A stretch of DNA of 63,203 bases, the filler included. It is 4 parts of 4 records of this genome, joined end to end, with 100 filler letters (N's around TTAATTAATTAA, not from the genome) between each part and the next. Parts side by side here need not be neighbours in the genome. Positions count along the whole stretch, not along the records: positions 1 to 23,684 come from SRR20825010_3565; 3 more parts are not named here. One strand, written 5' to 3'. Within the stretch, counting starts at the first letter, position 1. Each line of letters begins with the position of its first letter. The notes under the pieces were generated by a model that was given only the letters and a program-made list of their open reading frames with translations, ran no database searches and was not told the DNA's origin. The translations under genes and the position numbers were made by a program. Positions 1 through 11,183 of this stretch are shown here, piece after piece.

Positions 1-210
1 GCCGTAATCCATGATTCGGCAAACCGGCGGTTCTGCACCAGGGGAGATTTCCACCAGATCCAGCTGTTTAGAGGTGGCCTTTTCCAAGGCATCCTGCAGG
101 CTGACGATACCGACCTGCTCACCGTCCACATCAATCAACCGAACTTCGGTTGCCTGGATTTGCTGATTTGTATTGGCGCGCTGCTCGCGGCCTTTGCCTC
201 CACGCTTAAT
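1..210 (-). CDS. infC: Translation initiation factor IF-3, N-terminal part (runs off window), ATT start
   Basis: Manual translation from ATT at 210: (M)[69 protein letters not shown], the classic IF-3 N-domain; GGAGG 8 nt upstream; absent from the ORF track. Confidence 0.96.
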   Translation of the reverse strand, partial: MKRGGKGREQRANTNQQIQATEVRLIDVDGEQVGIVSLQDALEKATSKQLDLVEISPGAEPPVCRIMDYG

Positions 211-271
211 GTCGTGAACCTCCAATCTGTGATCGAAAACGAGGCGAGTAGCCTCACCGCCTCAGTAAATA

Positions 272-307
272 GGCGCGCATTGTATGCCACCACAACGGGC
301 ACAACAA
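272..307 (-). promoter_or_regulatory. Sigma70 promoter for infC with GC-rich discriminator
   Basis: Minus strand TTGTTG-17 nt-TACAAT followed by GCGCGCC. Confidence 0.55.
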
Positions 308-490
308 CCCCGGCCCTTATCTGGCCGGCGTACGCAACTGACTGAAACGGAATGATTTCTACCCGGCAATTAGATCGGATGCCTTGAAAGCTGGCCCCAA
401 CTCCCGGGAAGGGTGCGTATTTTAAGCAAATCCGGTTACTTTTCAAGCATCCCGAGCCATTTACCCCATCAAGGCCCGGGGAAACCGATC

Positions 491-519
491 TTGCACGGTA
501 GCGCCCCACTCAATATAGT
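491..519 (+). promoter_or_regulatory. Sigma70 promoter for marR
   Basis: TTGCAC-17 nt-TATAGT. Confidence 0.65.
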
Positions 520-532
520 TGCCAGTAACAAC
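518..532. promoter_or_regulatory. Putative MarR operator 1
   Basis: Imperfect palindrome GTTGCCAGTAACAAC overlapping the -10; near-identical copy at 1038-1052. Confidence 0.7.
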
Positions 533-556
533 GTAATTTGTCCAGGCTCACAACAC

Positions 557-1003
557 ATGACCTCCAGTCCAAATCGCGCCGAAGAGCTATACGAAGCCGT
601 CAACCAGCTTATACGGGTTCACCAGTTCCGTGATCGTGACTATATCTGCTCTCATGATGTATCAGTGGCCCAGTGCTACGCACTCGAAACCCTGGTAAAA
701 CGCGGTCCTTTGCGGCTGCAGGCGCTGGCTTCCGAGATGTACCTGGACAAGAGCACCACCAGCCGTGTGGTCGACTCCCTGCTACGAAAAAAATATGTGC
801 TGAAGGCCCCTGATCCAGCAGACCAACGTGCAGTGCAACTGTCGCTGACTCCTGAAGGAAGAGAGCTGTATCAGACCATTCGCCAAGACCTGGTCACTGA
901 GGAGGCATCGATGATCAAGAACCTGTCACCGGAAGTTGTCGACGGTGCACTTGCCTTGATTCGCCAGCTGACCGCCGCAGCGCGCGCTCGCCTGGGCCCA
1001 TAG
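557..1003 (+). CDS. MarR-family regulator, resembling the arsenic-responsive MarR subfamily
   Basis: Winged HTH (LASEMYLDKSTTSRVVDSL, DPADQRAVQLSLT); DRDYICSHDVSVAQC motif; ATG at 557 lies downstream of the promoter. Confidence 0.85.
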   Translation: MTSSPNRAEELYEAVNQLIRVHQFRDRDYICSHDVSVAQCYALETLVKRGPLRLQALASEMYLDKSTTSRVVDSLLRKKYVLKAPDPADQRAVQLSLTPEGRELYQTIRQDLVTEEASMIKNLSPEVVDGALALIRQLTAAARARLGP

Positions 1004-1037
1004 CTCTATTTGTTAACTATTTTTGTTTGACCATTTT

Positions 1038-1052
1038 GTTGTCAGTAACAAC
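1038..1052. promoter_or_regulatory. Putative MarR operator 2
   Basis: GTTGTCAGTAACAAC, 14/15 identical to operator 1, just upstream of the AAGGA RBS. Confidence 0.7.
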
Positions 1053-1071
1053 CAAATAAAAGGATAGAAAC

Positions 1072-2307
1072 ATGCGCAATACCGCCCCCTCACTGCCTGT
1101 CGCCGTCATTGGCGCTGGTCCGATCGGCCTCAGCGCCGCGGCTCATCTTCTTAACCGCGGTTACACCCCCATTATCTTTGAGGCCGGAGCTCAAGCTGGC
1201 ACTCACCTGGCTCACTGGGGGCATGTCCGCATGTTTTCACCCTGGTCGTACAACATCGATCCTGCCGCCGCCGAGCTGCTAAAAAAAGATGGCTGGCTCG
1301 AACCAGACCTAACGCATTTCCCCACGGGAAACGAGTTACTTGAGCACTATGTGATTCCGCTCGCGACCCATTCGAACATCGCTCCGCACCTTCAATTAAA
1401 CAGCCGGGTGCAACATGTGAGCAGACGCAACCATGATGTGCTGCGCAACAAGGGGCGAGACAACACCCCTTTTGTTCTCCGCATTGCGGGGCCTGATGGA
1501 GAACACGACATAACCGCCCAAGCGGTTATTGACGCCTCCGGCACCTACCAAACACCCAATTGGCTGGGCACACACGGCATTCCCGCACTGGGAGAGAATG
1601 CTGCTGCCCATGCCATTAGCTACGGCGTGCCAGATATCCTTGGCAGTGCCCGCGCGCACTACACCAACAAATCGGTACTTGTGGTTGGCGCCGGTCACTC
1701 GGCGTTTAATGCCTTACAGGATCTGGTTCGGCTTGCAGAGCAAAGCACCGGCATGCGTGTTCATTGGGCCGTACGCAGCGAATCGGTAACCAACGTGGTT
1801 CGCTCACCAGCGAATGATGAACTCCAGGAACGCCGAGAGCTGGAAGTGCATATACAAGAGTTGCTCGAACAAGGTCGAATTGACGTTCATACCGGGATCG
1901 AAATCGACGCCATTACCCAAAACCAGAACGGCGTCACCGTGCACAGTAATGGCCAGCAATTGCCACCGGTTGACCGAATCATTGCAGCTACCGGGTTTCG
2001 CCCCGATCTCAGCTTACTATCCGAGCTTCGCACCACCATCGATCCGGCCACACAGAGCCCCTCCCGGCTGGCCCCCTTGATTGACCCGAACCTGCACAGT
2101 TGTGGCTCTGTCCCGGAGCATGGTGCAGCCGAGCTCTCCCACCCCGAACCGAATCTCTATACCGTTGGCATTAAAAGCTATGGTCGGGCCCCCACGTTTT
2201 TACTGCGCACCGGTTACAAGCAGGTTTTATCAGTGATCCGCGCGCTGGACAGTGAGGAAGAACTCACACCAGTTCAACCCTGCCCGGCCCCTACGTGTCA
2301 GGGATGA
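1072..2307 (+). CDS. FAD/NAD(P)H-dependent monooxygenase, ArsO/ArsV-like
   Basis: GAGPIG and GAGHSA Rossmann motifs, WGHVRMFSPW, ATGFRPD, HSCGSV, KSYGRAPTFLL, Cys-containing tail. Confidence 0.8.
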   Translation: MRNTAPSLPVAVIGAGPIGLSAAAHLLNRGYTPIIFEAGAQAGTHLAHWGHVRMFSPWSYNIDPAAAELLKKDGWLEPDLTHFPTGNELLEHYVIPLATHSNIAPHLQLNSRVQHVSRRNHDVLRNKGRDNTPFVLRIAGPDGEHDITAQAVIDASGTYQTPNWLGTHGIPALGENAAAHAISYGVPDILGSARAHYTNKSVLVVGAGHSAFNALQDLVRLAEQSTGMRVHWAVRSESVTNVVRSPANDELQERRELEVHIQELLEQGRIDVHTGIEIDAITQNQNGVTVHSNGQQLPPVDRIIAATGFRPDLSLLSELRTTIDPATQSPSRLAPLIDPNLHSCGSVPEHGAAELSHPEPNLYTVGIKSYGRAPTFLLRTGYKQVLSVIRALDSEEELTPVQPCPAPTCQG

Positions 2308-3515
2308 ACCAACAAGCAGCTACAGCTAAATATGGCTTTGTTGCGGCTCTGGGCCTTGGTCAGCTGGTGTCTTGGGGGGTGCTGTATTACAGCTTCCCCC
2401 TGATCGCGGAAGCGATAGTCAACGACACCGGATTGGATCGCAGCTCCCTGTACGGTGCAGCCACTATCGGCTTGTTGGCCGCAGCCGCCATGGCTTACCC
2501 GGTGGGCACACTGATTGACCGAGGTCATGGTCGCAAGATTATGGTGGCGGCAACCATCGCCGCATCACTGACCACAGCATTCTGGTCGCATGCTGCAACA
2601 GCGCCGGCATTTTATGCAGCCATCATTACACTGGGCGGGCTTCAAGCAGCATTGTTGTATGAACCTGCTTTTGCCGTGGTGGTTCGGCAATTGAATACTC
2701 AACAGGCTCGCTCGGCAATCACAGCAATAACCCTTTGGGCAGGCTTTTCCAGCACCCTGTTCGTACCTTTGGTTCAGTCCATGCTGAATACATTTGACTG
2801 GCGCGGCACCTTAATGGGTCTCGCGGCCATCAACGTTTCCATCGCCACACCGCTGTACCTCTGGGCCATTCCGCCAGCCACAACAGCAGGTAACGCCACA
2901 CAAACAAAAACACCCGACGCAAATAAACCCTCTTTTTTACCCATCTTGCGTCAGCCAAAATTTTATCTTTTAACCGCATCGTTTTGTGCTTACATGGCCC
3001 TCTTTTCAGGCTTTACGTATCACATCTACCCTTTGCTTATTGCGCTCTCCGATGACACCCAGTCTGTGGTCATGGCCATAGCGCTTATTGGCCCTGCCCA
3101 GGTCGGGGCACGGGTACTGATGCTGTTTTTCAAAAAGGTCACGATAAGGCAACTGGGCCTGCTCACCGGGATCACCTTCCCGGTCGCGATTCTATTACTG
3201 AACGCTCCGCCCAGCCCCCTGACACTGGTTGTACTGTGCCTGCTCTACGGCGGCGCCAATGGCATCTTCACCATCGTCCGCGGCATGGCCGTTCCTGAAC
3301 TACTGTCCCGACACCACTACGGAAAAATTAACGGCATCATGCTGGTCCCCATGTCATTGGCACGGGCAGCGGCCCCCTGGGCGATCGCCGCCTACTGGAC
3401 GCATACAGGAAGCCCGCAAGGGGCTATAAACCTGATGCTCGGACTGGCACTGCTAGTGCCTGTGCTATTCGGTTTGGCGATCTACAACAAGGGCGACAGA
3501 AAAAAAATCAAGTGA
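2304..3515 (+). CDS. MFS transporter, ArsK-like
   Basis: About 12 hydrophobic segments, LGLGQLVSWGVLYYSF, GTLIDRGHGR motif A; ATGA overlap with the upstream gene. Confidence 0.8.
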   Translation: MNQQAATAKYGFVAALGLGQLVSWGVLYYSFPLIAEAIVNDTGLDRSSLYGAATIGLLAAAAMAYPVGTLIDRGHGRKIMVAATIAASLTTAFWSHAATAPAFYAAIITLGGLQAALLYEPAFAVVVRQLNTQQARSAITAITLWAGFSSTLFVPLVQSMLNTFDWRGTLMGLAAINVSIATPLYLWAIPPATTAGNATQTKTPDANKPSFLPILRQPKFYLLTASFCAYMALFSGFTYHIYPLLIALSDDTQSVVMAIALIGPAQVGARVLMLFFKKVTIRQLGLLTGITFPVAILLLNAPPSPLTLVVLCLLYGGANGIFTIVRGMAVPELLSRHHYGKINGIMLVPMSLARAAAPWAIAAYWTHTGSPQGAINLMLGLALLVPVLFGLAIYNKGDRKKIK

Positions 3516-3673
3516 TGCGTACAACGTCAAACAACATTGCAGCCGCTGTGGGGACAGAGATTTCAGTATTCAAAAAACGGCGGAATCAAGCAGCGCATGC
3601 AAAGACCTGATAGGACGCCTTCACGAAGGTCACAACCTGTCAGGGCATCCCAACAGGTCGTGCCCTTAATCGC

Positions 3674-5245
3674 TTATTCCCACTCAATCGTGGCAGGCGG
3701 CTTGGAGGAAATATCGTAGGTCACCCGACTGATGCCCGGGATCTCATTGATGATACGGCTGGAAACCAGCTCCAGGAAATCATAGGGCAGATGCGCCCAG
3801 CGGGCCGTCATGAAGTCGATGGTTTCCACTGCGCGCAGGGCTACCACGTATTCGTAGCGACGGGCATCGCCTACCACGCCCACTGACTTGACCGGCAGGA
3901 ACACCGCGAAAGCTTGGCTGGTCTTGTGGTACAGACCGGCGGCTCGCAGTTCCTCGATAAAGATATGGTCCGCCAGACGCAGGGTGTCGGCGTATTCCTT
4001 CTTCACTTCCCCCAGAATACGCACGCCCAGACCCGGCCCCGGGAAGGGGTGGCGGTAGACCATGTCGTAGGGCAGACCCAGTTCCAAACCAATCTTGCGC
4101 ACTTCATCCTTGAACAATTCACGCAGAGGCTCAACCAGCTTGAGCTTCATGTCTTCCGGCAGGCCGCCCACGTTGTGGTGACTCTTGATCACATGCGCCT
4201 TGCCAGTCTTGCTGGCGGCAGATTCGATCACGTCCGGGTAGATGGTGCCCTGAGCCAGCCAGTTGGCGTTTTTCAGCTTGCCAGCTTCATCATCGAAGAT
4301 CTCGATGAAGGTGTTGCCGATAATCTTGCGCTTCTTTTCCGGATCGGCTTCGCCGGCCAGCTTGCCGAGGAAATTATCTTCCGCATCCACGCGGATCACC
4401 TTAACGCCCATGTTGTCGGCAAACATTTCCATGACCTGGTCACCTTCCTGGTGACGCAACAGGCCGTTATCGACAAACACACAGGTGAGCTGATCACCGA
4501 TCGCCTTGTGCAGCAGCGCCGCAACCACCGAAGAGTCCACACCGCCGGACAACCCCAGGATCACCTCGTCAGTGCCTACCTGGTCACGAATGGTATCGAT
4601 GGCATCGCTGATGATATTGCTCGGGGTCCACAAGGCTTCACAATCGCACAGCTCACGAACAAAGCGCTCCAGCAGACGGCCGCCCTGCAGCGTATGCGTC
4701 ACTTCCGGGTGAAACTGGATACCATAAAAACGTTTTTCATCGTTGGCCATGCCCGCAATGGGGCAGCTGCCCGTGGTGGCAGTGGCCACAAACCCTGCCG
4801 GCATTTCGCCGACACGGTCGCCGTGACTCATCCACACATCCAGAAATTCCTTGCCCTGCTCTTCGTGATCGACAATGCCATCCAGCAGCGCATTGGATTC
4901 CGCTTTTTCCACACGGGCGTAACCGAATTCGTGCTTCTCACCGGCAATCACCTTGCCGCCAAGCTGTTCGGCCATGGTCTGCATGCCGTAACAGATTCCC
5001 AGCACCGGGATACCCGCATCAAACACGGCCTGCGGAGCACGCGGTGTTTCCGTTGCAGTCACTGACTCCGGCCCACCAGAAAGGATGATGCCCTTGGGCG
5101 CAAACTCGCTGAGTTCTTCAGCGGTCATGTCGAAGGCACGAATCTCACAGTACACGCCAATTTCCCGCACGCGGCGAGCAATCAGCTGAGTGTATTGGGA
5201 ACCGAAGTCCAGAATCAGGATGCGCTGGGCATGGATGTCTGTCAT
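3674..5245 (-). CDS. guaA: GMP synthase (glutamine-hydrolysing)
   Basis: [37 protein letters not shown]. Confidence 0.99.
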   Translation of the reverse strand: MTDIHAQRILILDFGSQYTQLIARRVREIGVYCEIRAFDMTAEELSEFAPKGIILSGGPESVTATETPRAPQAVFDAGIPVLGICYGMQTMAEQLGGKVIAGEKHEFGYARVEKAESNALLDGIVDHEEQGKEFLDVWMSHGDRVGEMPAGFVATATTGSCPIAGMANDEKRFYGIQFHPEVTHTLQGGRLLERFVRELCDCEALWTPSNIISDAIDTIRDQVGTDEVILGLSGGVDSSVVAALLHKAIGDQLTCVFVDNGLLRHQEGDQVMEMFADNMGVKVIRVDAEDNFLGKLAGEADPEKKRKIIGNTFIEIFDDEAGKLKNANWLAQGTIYPDVIESAASKTGKAHVIKSHHNVGGLPEDMKLKLVEPLRELFKDEVRKIGLELGLPYDMVYRHPFPGPGLGVRILGEVKKEYADTLRLADHIFIEELRAAGLYHKTSQAFAVFLPVKSVGVVGDARRYEYVVALRAVETIDFMTARWAHLPYDFLELVSSRIINEIPGISRVTYDISSKPPATIEWE

Positions 5246-5301
5246 GGGGATCTATCCCGGTGATTGCCGGCGATATTACAGCCGGATCTTGTTAGAACGG
5301 G

Positions 5302-5403
5302 CCTGACGCCAAATACCTGGCGCCTGACGCTTTAAAAACAAAAATCGGTCGAGCGCCGCTCGACCGATTTCAGCATCTGGCATCTGGCTCCAAGCACCAT
5401 GCT
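5302..5403. repeat. Degenerate 7-nt tandem arrays flanking a hairpin
   Basis: cctgacg-ccaaata-cctggcg-cctgacg (5302-5329) and ttcagca-tctggca-tctggct-ccaagca-ccatgct (5369-5403). Confidence 0.5.
5334..5370 (-). terminator. Intrinsic terminator after guaB
   Basis: Stem AAATCGGTCGAGC/GCTCGACCGATTT with T tract on the minus strand. Confidence 0.7.
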
Positions 5404-5429
5404 CTTAACCAGTTACACCAAAGTCCGAA

Positions 5430-6959
<1,530 letters not shown>

Positions 6960-7069
6960 CTAGAATGAGACAGGCACCCCGTTAAATTAAGCGGGCGATT
7001 ATACGACATTACCGGCTAACCACACAATCACCGCTGGCAGGGTACAAAAAAACGGGCTACCCTCCCGCG

Positions 7070-8416
7070 ATGACCATTTCATCCCGCGCCGAACCACTGT
7101 CTATCAGCCAGTTGAACCTGGATGCCCAGGGCCTGCTGGAAAGCTCTTTCCCTCTGATCTGGTTACAGGGCGAACTGTCCAATTTTTCCCGTCCGGCATC
7201 CGGCCACTGGTACTTCAGCCTGAAAGACTCGCGTGCCCAGATTAATGGGGCCATGTTTCGAAATCGCAACAGGCTGCTGGATTTTGCTCCCCAAAACGGC
7301 CAACAGGTGCTGGTGCGAGCCAAAGTCACCCTGTATGTGCCCCGTGGCAACTTCCAGATTGTGGTCGAACACATGGAACCTGCCGGCCAGGGCGCCCTCA
7401 AGGCCCAGTTTGACGCGCTCAAAGCCCAGCTTCAGAGCGAAGGATTGTTCGCCCAAGACCGCAAACAGGCACTACCGGCCTGGCCCAGCCAAATTGGGGT
7501 GATCACCTCACCCAGCGGCGCGGCCATTCGCGATATTCTGCAGGTACTGCAACGCCGCTGCCCGTCTATCCCGGTAGTGATTTATCCGGCAGCGGTTCAG
7601 GGGGCAGAAGCGCCGGCACAGCTGCGCCAGGCGCTGGAATTGGCCGTGACACGCAACGAATGTGACGTCCTGGTTATTGGTCGGGGCGGCGGGTCTCTGG
7701 AAGATTTGTGGGCCTTCAACGACGAAGCCCTGACCCGGGCGGTTGCCGAGTGCCCCATTCCCATTGTCTCGGCCGTGGGCCATGAGGTGGACACCGGGCT
7801 GACCGATTTTGCCGCCGATCTCCGCGCGCCAACCCCTTCCGCCGCCGCAGAACTGGTGAGCCCGGATCTGTCGGTGGTCAGCCAGCGACTGGCCGGCCTG
7901 CATCGGCGGTTGCGATGGGTCATGGCACAACAGCTTCGCACCCCGCAGGAGCGCCTGCGCCATCTGAGCCAGCGGCTTCGCTCTCCCCGCCAGCACCTCG
8001 AACAGAGTAGCCAGCGACTGGATGAATTGCACAATCGCCTGCAACGACAGATGCAGCACCGTCTCACTCTGCTCCAGAGCCGCCTGCAGCCCAGCCAGCA
8101 ACGCCTGGCGCGGCTATCGCCAGAGCGGCTTCTGCTGGACCGCCAGCAACAGCTGACAGCCTTGAACAAGCGATTGCCGCAACCGATACAACGGCAGATT
8201 CAACAACAGCAAGTGCAGCTGGCCGGGCTGAGTAAGCGCCTGCAAACAGCCAGCCCACTGGAAACCCTGGCGCGAGGTTACAGCATTACCTTTAAAGGGG
8301 ATGAGGCGGTACGCTCAGTGAAGCAATTACAGGCCGGCGACACCCTGACCACGCGCCTGGCTGACGGCGCGGTTACTGCCCGGGTGGAACACGTCCAGGA
8401 GTCAGATACGGACTGA
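7070..8416 (+). CDS. xseA: Exodeoxyribonuclease VII large subunit
   Basis: [41 protein letters not shown]. Confidence 0.98.
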   Translation: MTISSRAEPLSISQLNLDAQGLLESSFPLIWLQGELSNFSRPASGHWYFSLKDSRAQINGAMFRNRNRLLDFAPQNGQQVLVRAKVTLYVPRGNFQIVVEHMEPAGQGALKAQFDALKAQLQSEGLFAQDRKQALPAWPSQIGVITSPSGAAIRDILQVLQRRCPSIPVVIYPAAVQGAEAPAQLRQALELAVTRNECDVLVIGRGGGSLEDLWAFNDEALTRAVAECPIPIVSAVGHEVDTGLTDFAADLRAPTPSAAAELVSPDLSVVSQRLAGLHRRLRWVMAQQLRTPQERLRHLSQRLRSPRQHLEQSSQRLDELHNRLQRQMQHRLTLLQSRLQPSQQRLARLSPERLLLDRQQQLTALNKRLPQPIQRQIQQQQVQLAGLSKRLQTASPLETLARGYSITFKGDEAVRSVKQLQAGDTLTTRLADGAVTARVEHVQESDTD

Positions 8417-10313
8417 GTGCCCGCGCCAACTGCTGACGTCGGAACGGCTTGGCCAGGTGGGAGTTCATGCCCACCGCCAGGCATCGCTCACGCTCTTCAT
8501 GCATGGCATTGGCGGTCAACGCCACCACAGGCATAGGCGCCCGGCCCTGTTCCCGCTCCCACTGTCGCAGCCGCCGGGTAGCCTCCAGGCCATCCATCAC
8601 CGGCATCTGCACATCCATGAGGATGCAATCAAAGTCACGCTGGCGCGCTTTTTCCAATGCTTCCTCACCATTGCTGGCCGTCACCACGGTAACGCCCATC
8701 TGCTCAAGAATACGCCGCGCCACCATGGCATTGACCACATTGTCTTCCACCAGCAACACCAGCCCATGAAGGGCCTGCTGCTCCGGGTCAGCCAGACCGT
8801 GCCGCCCCGCCGACCCACTGGCCGCCGTCTGTTCGCGGAAGAACAGCCGCAACGACAGCGTAAAGACACTGCCCGCGTCCTCCTGACTACCAACGGTCAA
8901 AGTGCCGCCGAGCATCTCGCTGAGCTTGCGCGCAATCGCCAACCCCAGACCGGTGCCGCCGAAACGGCGCGAGGTAGAAGAATCGATCTGCGAAAACGCC
9001 TTGAACAGGCCCGAGATTTTCTCTTCCGGAATACCAATACCTGAGTCGGCCACGGCAATACTCAAATCCAGCCAGTCCCCACGAACCGGCTGCACCGATA
9101 CGGTGACAGTGACCCCCCCTTCCTGGGTAAACTTCACCGCATTGGAAATCAGATTGCTGAGCACTTGGCGCAGCCGCGTGGGATCACTCCGCGTCACCTT
9201 GCCCGCCAGCACCTCATCGCCTTCAAGCCGCAGATACAGCCCCTTGCTTTCCGCCACATAGCGAAAGGTGGCAACACAGTTCTGCAACAGAGGCTGCAGC
9301 TCGAAGAAAGACGGGTCCAGGTCCATGCGCCCTGCTTCGATGCGAGAAAAATCGAGAATATCGTTAATCACATCCAGCAGATGGCCGGTGGATTCCAGCG
9401 CCGCCTCGGTGTACTCCTGCTGCTCCCCGTTCTGGGCGGTTTCTTCCAGCAATTGCAGCATCCCCAGCACACCATTCATGGGAGTGCGCAGCTCGTGGCT
9501 CATCATGGCCAGGAAATCGCTTTTCGCCTGGCTGGCGGTTTCCGCCTGACGATGGGCTTGTTGCAATTCAGTCATGGCTGCCTGCTGCTTGTGCCGGGCG
9601 CCTTCCAGAGCGCCAGCCAACTCGTTGATGTTGTCCTGCAGTTCGCCCAACTCCCCCTGCAAGCGGCTGTTGCCTCGCACAGAATATTCGCCCTGGCGCA
9701 GGGTCCGTAGCAGACCGGACAGATACCCCAAAGGCGTAGCGATCTGACGCGCCAGATAGTGGGCGATCCATAGCCCCAGAATCATGGCAAAGAAGGCGGG
9801 AATCATACTGGCCAGCAAAATTTCCTTTTGCCGTGCCAACAATCTGGCACTGGACATCCCAAGCACCACCTCACCAATGCGGTCGGGCCTGCCCTCACGC
9901 TCCACCGCGCCTCCCAGCATGCCTTCCGGTGCCACAGACTGACGATAAATGCCGGAATGAAATTCGATGATTTCGTTGCTTTTTTCCTGATGATCTCGCC
10001 CCTCGTACAGCAGCACCTGACCATCCCCATCGCGGAACACCACGTACTGCAGATCCGCCCGCTGCATGGCCAGCTGCGCCTGACGGCGCAAGTCTGTGTA
10101 ATTACCGGCCAGTACGCCGTATTCCGACGCCGAGGCAATCTGCTGGGCCAGAAAACGGCCCAGCTCGTGCAGGTCCCGATCGGCATCCTCAAAGCGCTGC
10201 CAGGTCAACGCCACCAGCAACAGCCCCAGCATGAACAGGGCAGGCACCAGCCCCAGCACTTGCAACTGCTTGCGAATTCCCGGGCCTTTGCGCGGTACAC
10301 CGTCACGCGTCAT
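8373..10313 (-). CDS. Hybrid sensor histidine kinase (2 TM, HAMP, HisKA, HATPase, REC)
   Basis: [11 protein letters not shown]-box, [35 protein letters not shown]. Confidence 0.95.
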   Translation of the reverse strand: MTRDGVPRKGPGIRKQLQVLGLVPALFMLGLLLVALTWQRFEDADRDLHELGRFLAQQIASASEYGVLAGNYTDLRRQAQLAMQRADLQYVVFRDGDGQVLLYEGRDHQEKSNEIIEFHSGIYRQSVAPEGMLGGAVEREGRPDRIGEVVLGMSSARLLARQKEILLASMIPAFFAMILGLWIAHYLARQIATPLGYLSGLLRTLRQGEYSVRGNSRLQGELGELQDNINELAGALEGARHKQQAAMTELQQAHRQAETASQAKSDFLAMMSHELRTPMNGVLGMLQLLEETAQNGEQQEYTEAALESTGHLLDVINDILDFSRIEAGRMDLDPSFFELQPLLQNCVATFRYVAESKGLYLRLEGDEVLAGKVTRSDPTRLRQVLSNLISNAVKFTQEGGVTVTVSVQPVRGDWLDLSIAVADSGIGIPEEKISGLFKAFSQIDSSTSRRFGGTGLGLAIARKLSEMLGGTLTVGSQEDAGSVFTLSLRLFFREQTAASGSAGRHGLADPEQQALHGLVLLVEDNVVNAMVARRILEQMGVTVVTASNGEEALEKARQRDFDCILMDVQMPVMDGLEATRRLRQWEREQGRAPMPVVALTANAMHEERERCLAVGMNSHLAKPFRRQQLARALSPYLTPGRVPPGQ

Positions 10314-11179
10314 AGCGCCTCCCCGGCATTGTTCAGCGCATCCTCAAGTGCTCCGCTTTCCCGGTAATGCATGTCGAAACTGCTGGCGACGTGCTCGTTG
10401 ACCACCACGGACGGGCGAGACACAAAGGCAGAAGCCCCCCACTCGCCCGTGTCAGCAAAAACACGCAACCGCTGAACCGCTTCGCTGACCAGATCGCTGC
10501 CGCTGGCATAGTACGATGCCACACTGCCCGCGTTCACAAACGTCAGGTCCGGGCCAAATACGGGCCGGCGCTGACGGTAACTGGTCAGCAACACCAGCTT
10601 GGCTGCGTCCGGCCCCAGCAGGGAATCGTCCACGGGAAGCACAATCGCATCGAGATGATTGAGGTTTTCACGCAGGGTGTCGCCCAGCGCCCGGGTATCT
10701 TTTACCGACAGCAACTCCAGCTTGATCGGCCCGCGAAAACCACGCACCACCTCCGGCGGCCAGACACTGTCCGGCCCCAGCACCACGCCAATGCGGCGCG
10801 CCAGAGGCATGATTGTGTGCACCAATTGCACCTGATTCGCCAAGCTGACCCCCGCCCAAATAGCCGCACACTGACACCCCAGCCGCGCGGCCTTTTCACT
10901 CAAGGCGCGGCTGACATGCACGCCCAGTAGCGGTTTTTCATGGTTCATGGCACGGGTAAAAGCGACATCACCGAGGGCAACCAGTAAATCAGCCGCGTCA
11001 GGCTCATCGACCACACGCAGATTCGCCGGCAGATCCTGCGCCAGCGACAGAACAAACACATCCTTGAAGGGGCTGGGCTCAGCCAGTACGTGTACGGTTT
11101 GCGTCGGCGCGGACAGCGCACCACCAGCCGTTGCCAGCAGCAAGAGAAAAACCAGTATGTGTCCATGCTGACTCCGCAT
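10310..11179 (-). CDS. Periplasmic ABC substrate-binding-like protein
   Basis: Signal peptide; [10 protein letters not shown] and [13 protein letters not shown]...VNAGSVAS motifs; 4-nt overlap with the kinase start. Confidence 0.7.
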   Translation of the reverse strand: MRSQHGHILVFLLLLATAGGALSAPTQTVHVLAEPSPFKDVFVLSLAQDLPANLRVVDEPDAADLLVALGDVAFTRAMNHEKPLLGVHVSRALSEKAARLGCQCAAIWAGVSLANQVQLVHTIMPLARRIGVVLGPDSVWPPEVVRGFRGPIKLELLSVKDTRALGDTLRENLNHLDAIVLPVDDSLLGPDAAKLVLLTSYRQRRPVFGPDLTFVNAGSVASYYASGSDLVSEAVQRLRVFADTGEWGASAFVSRPSVVVNEHVASSFDMHYRESGALEDALNNAGEAL

Positions 11180-11183
11180 CCGG

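Noticed and set aside
135-509. ORF-track calls 135-509(-), 160-345(+) and the 413-556 extension of marR
   Set aside because: They overlap the real infC and the promoter elements and have no protein motifs
505-514. 10-bp match CCCACTCAAT to the guaA 3' end (3679-3688) as a possible att duplication
   Set aside because: It lacks the rest of the guaA terminus, lies inside the marR promoter spacer, and no integrase is present; probably chance
3606-3644. CCTGATAGG...CCTGTCAGG inverted repeat as a REP element
   Set aside because: Single copy in the window; more simply a hairpin between convergent genes
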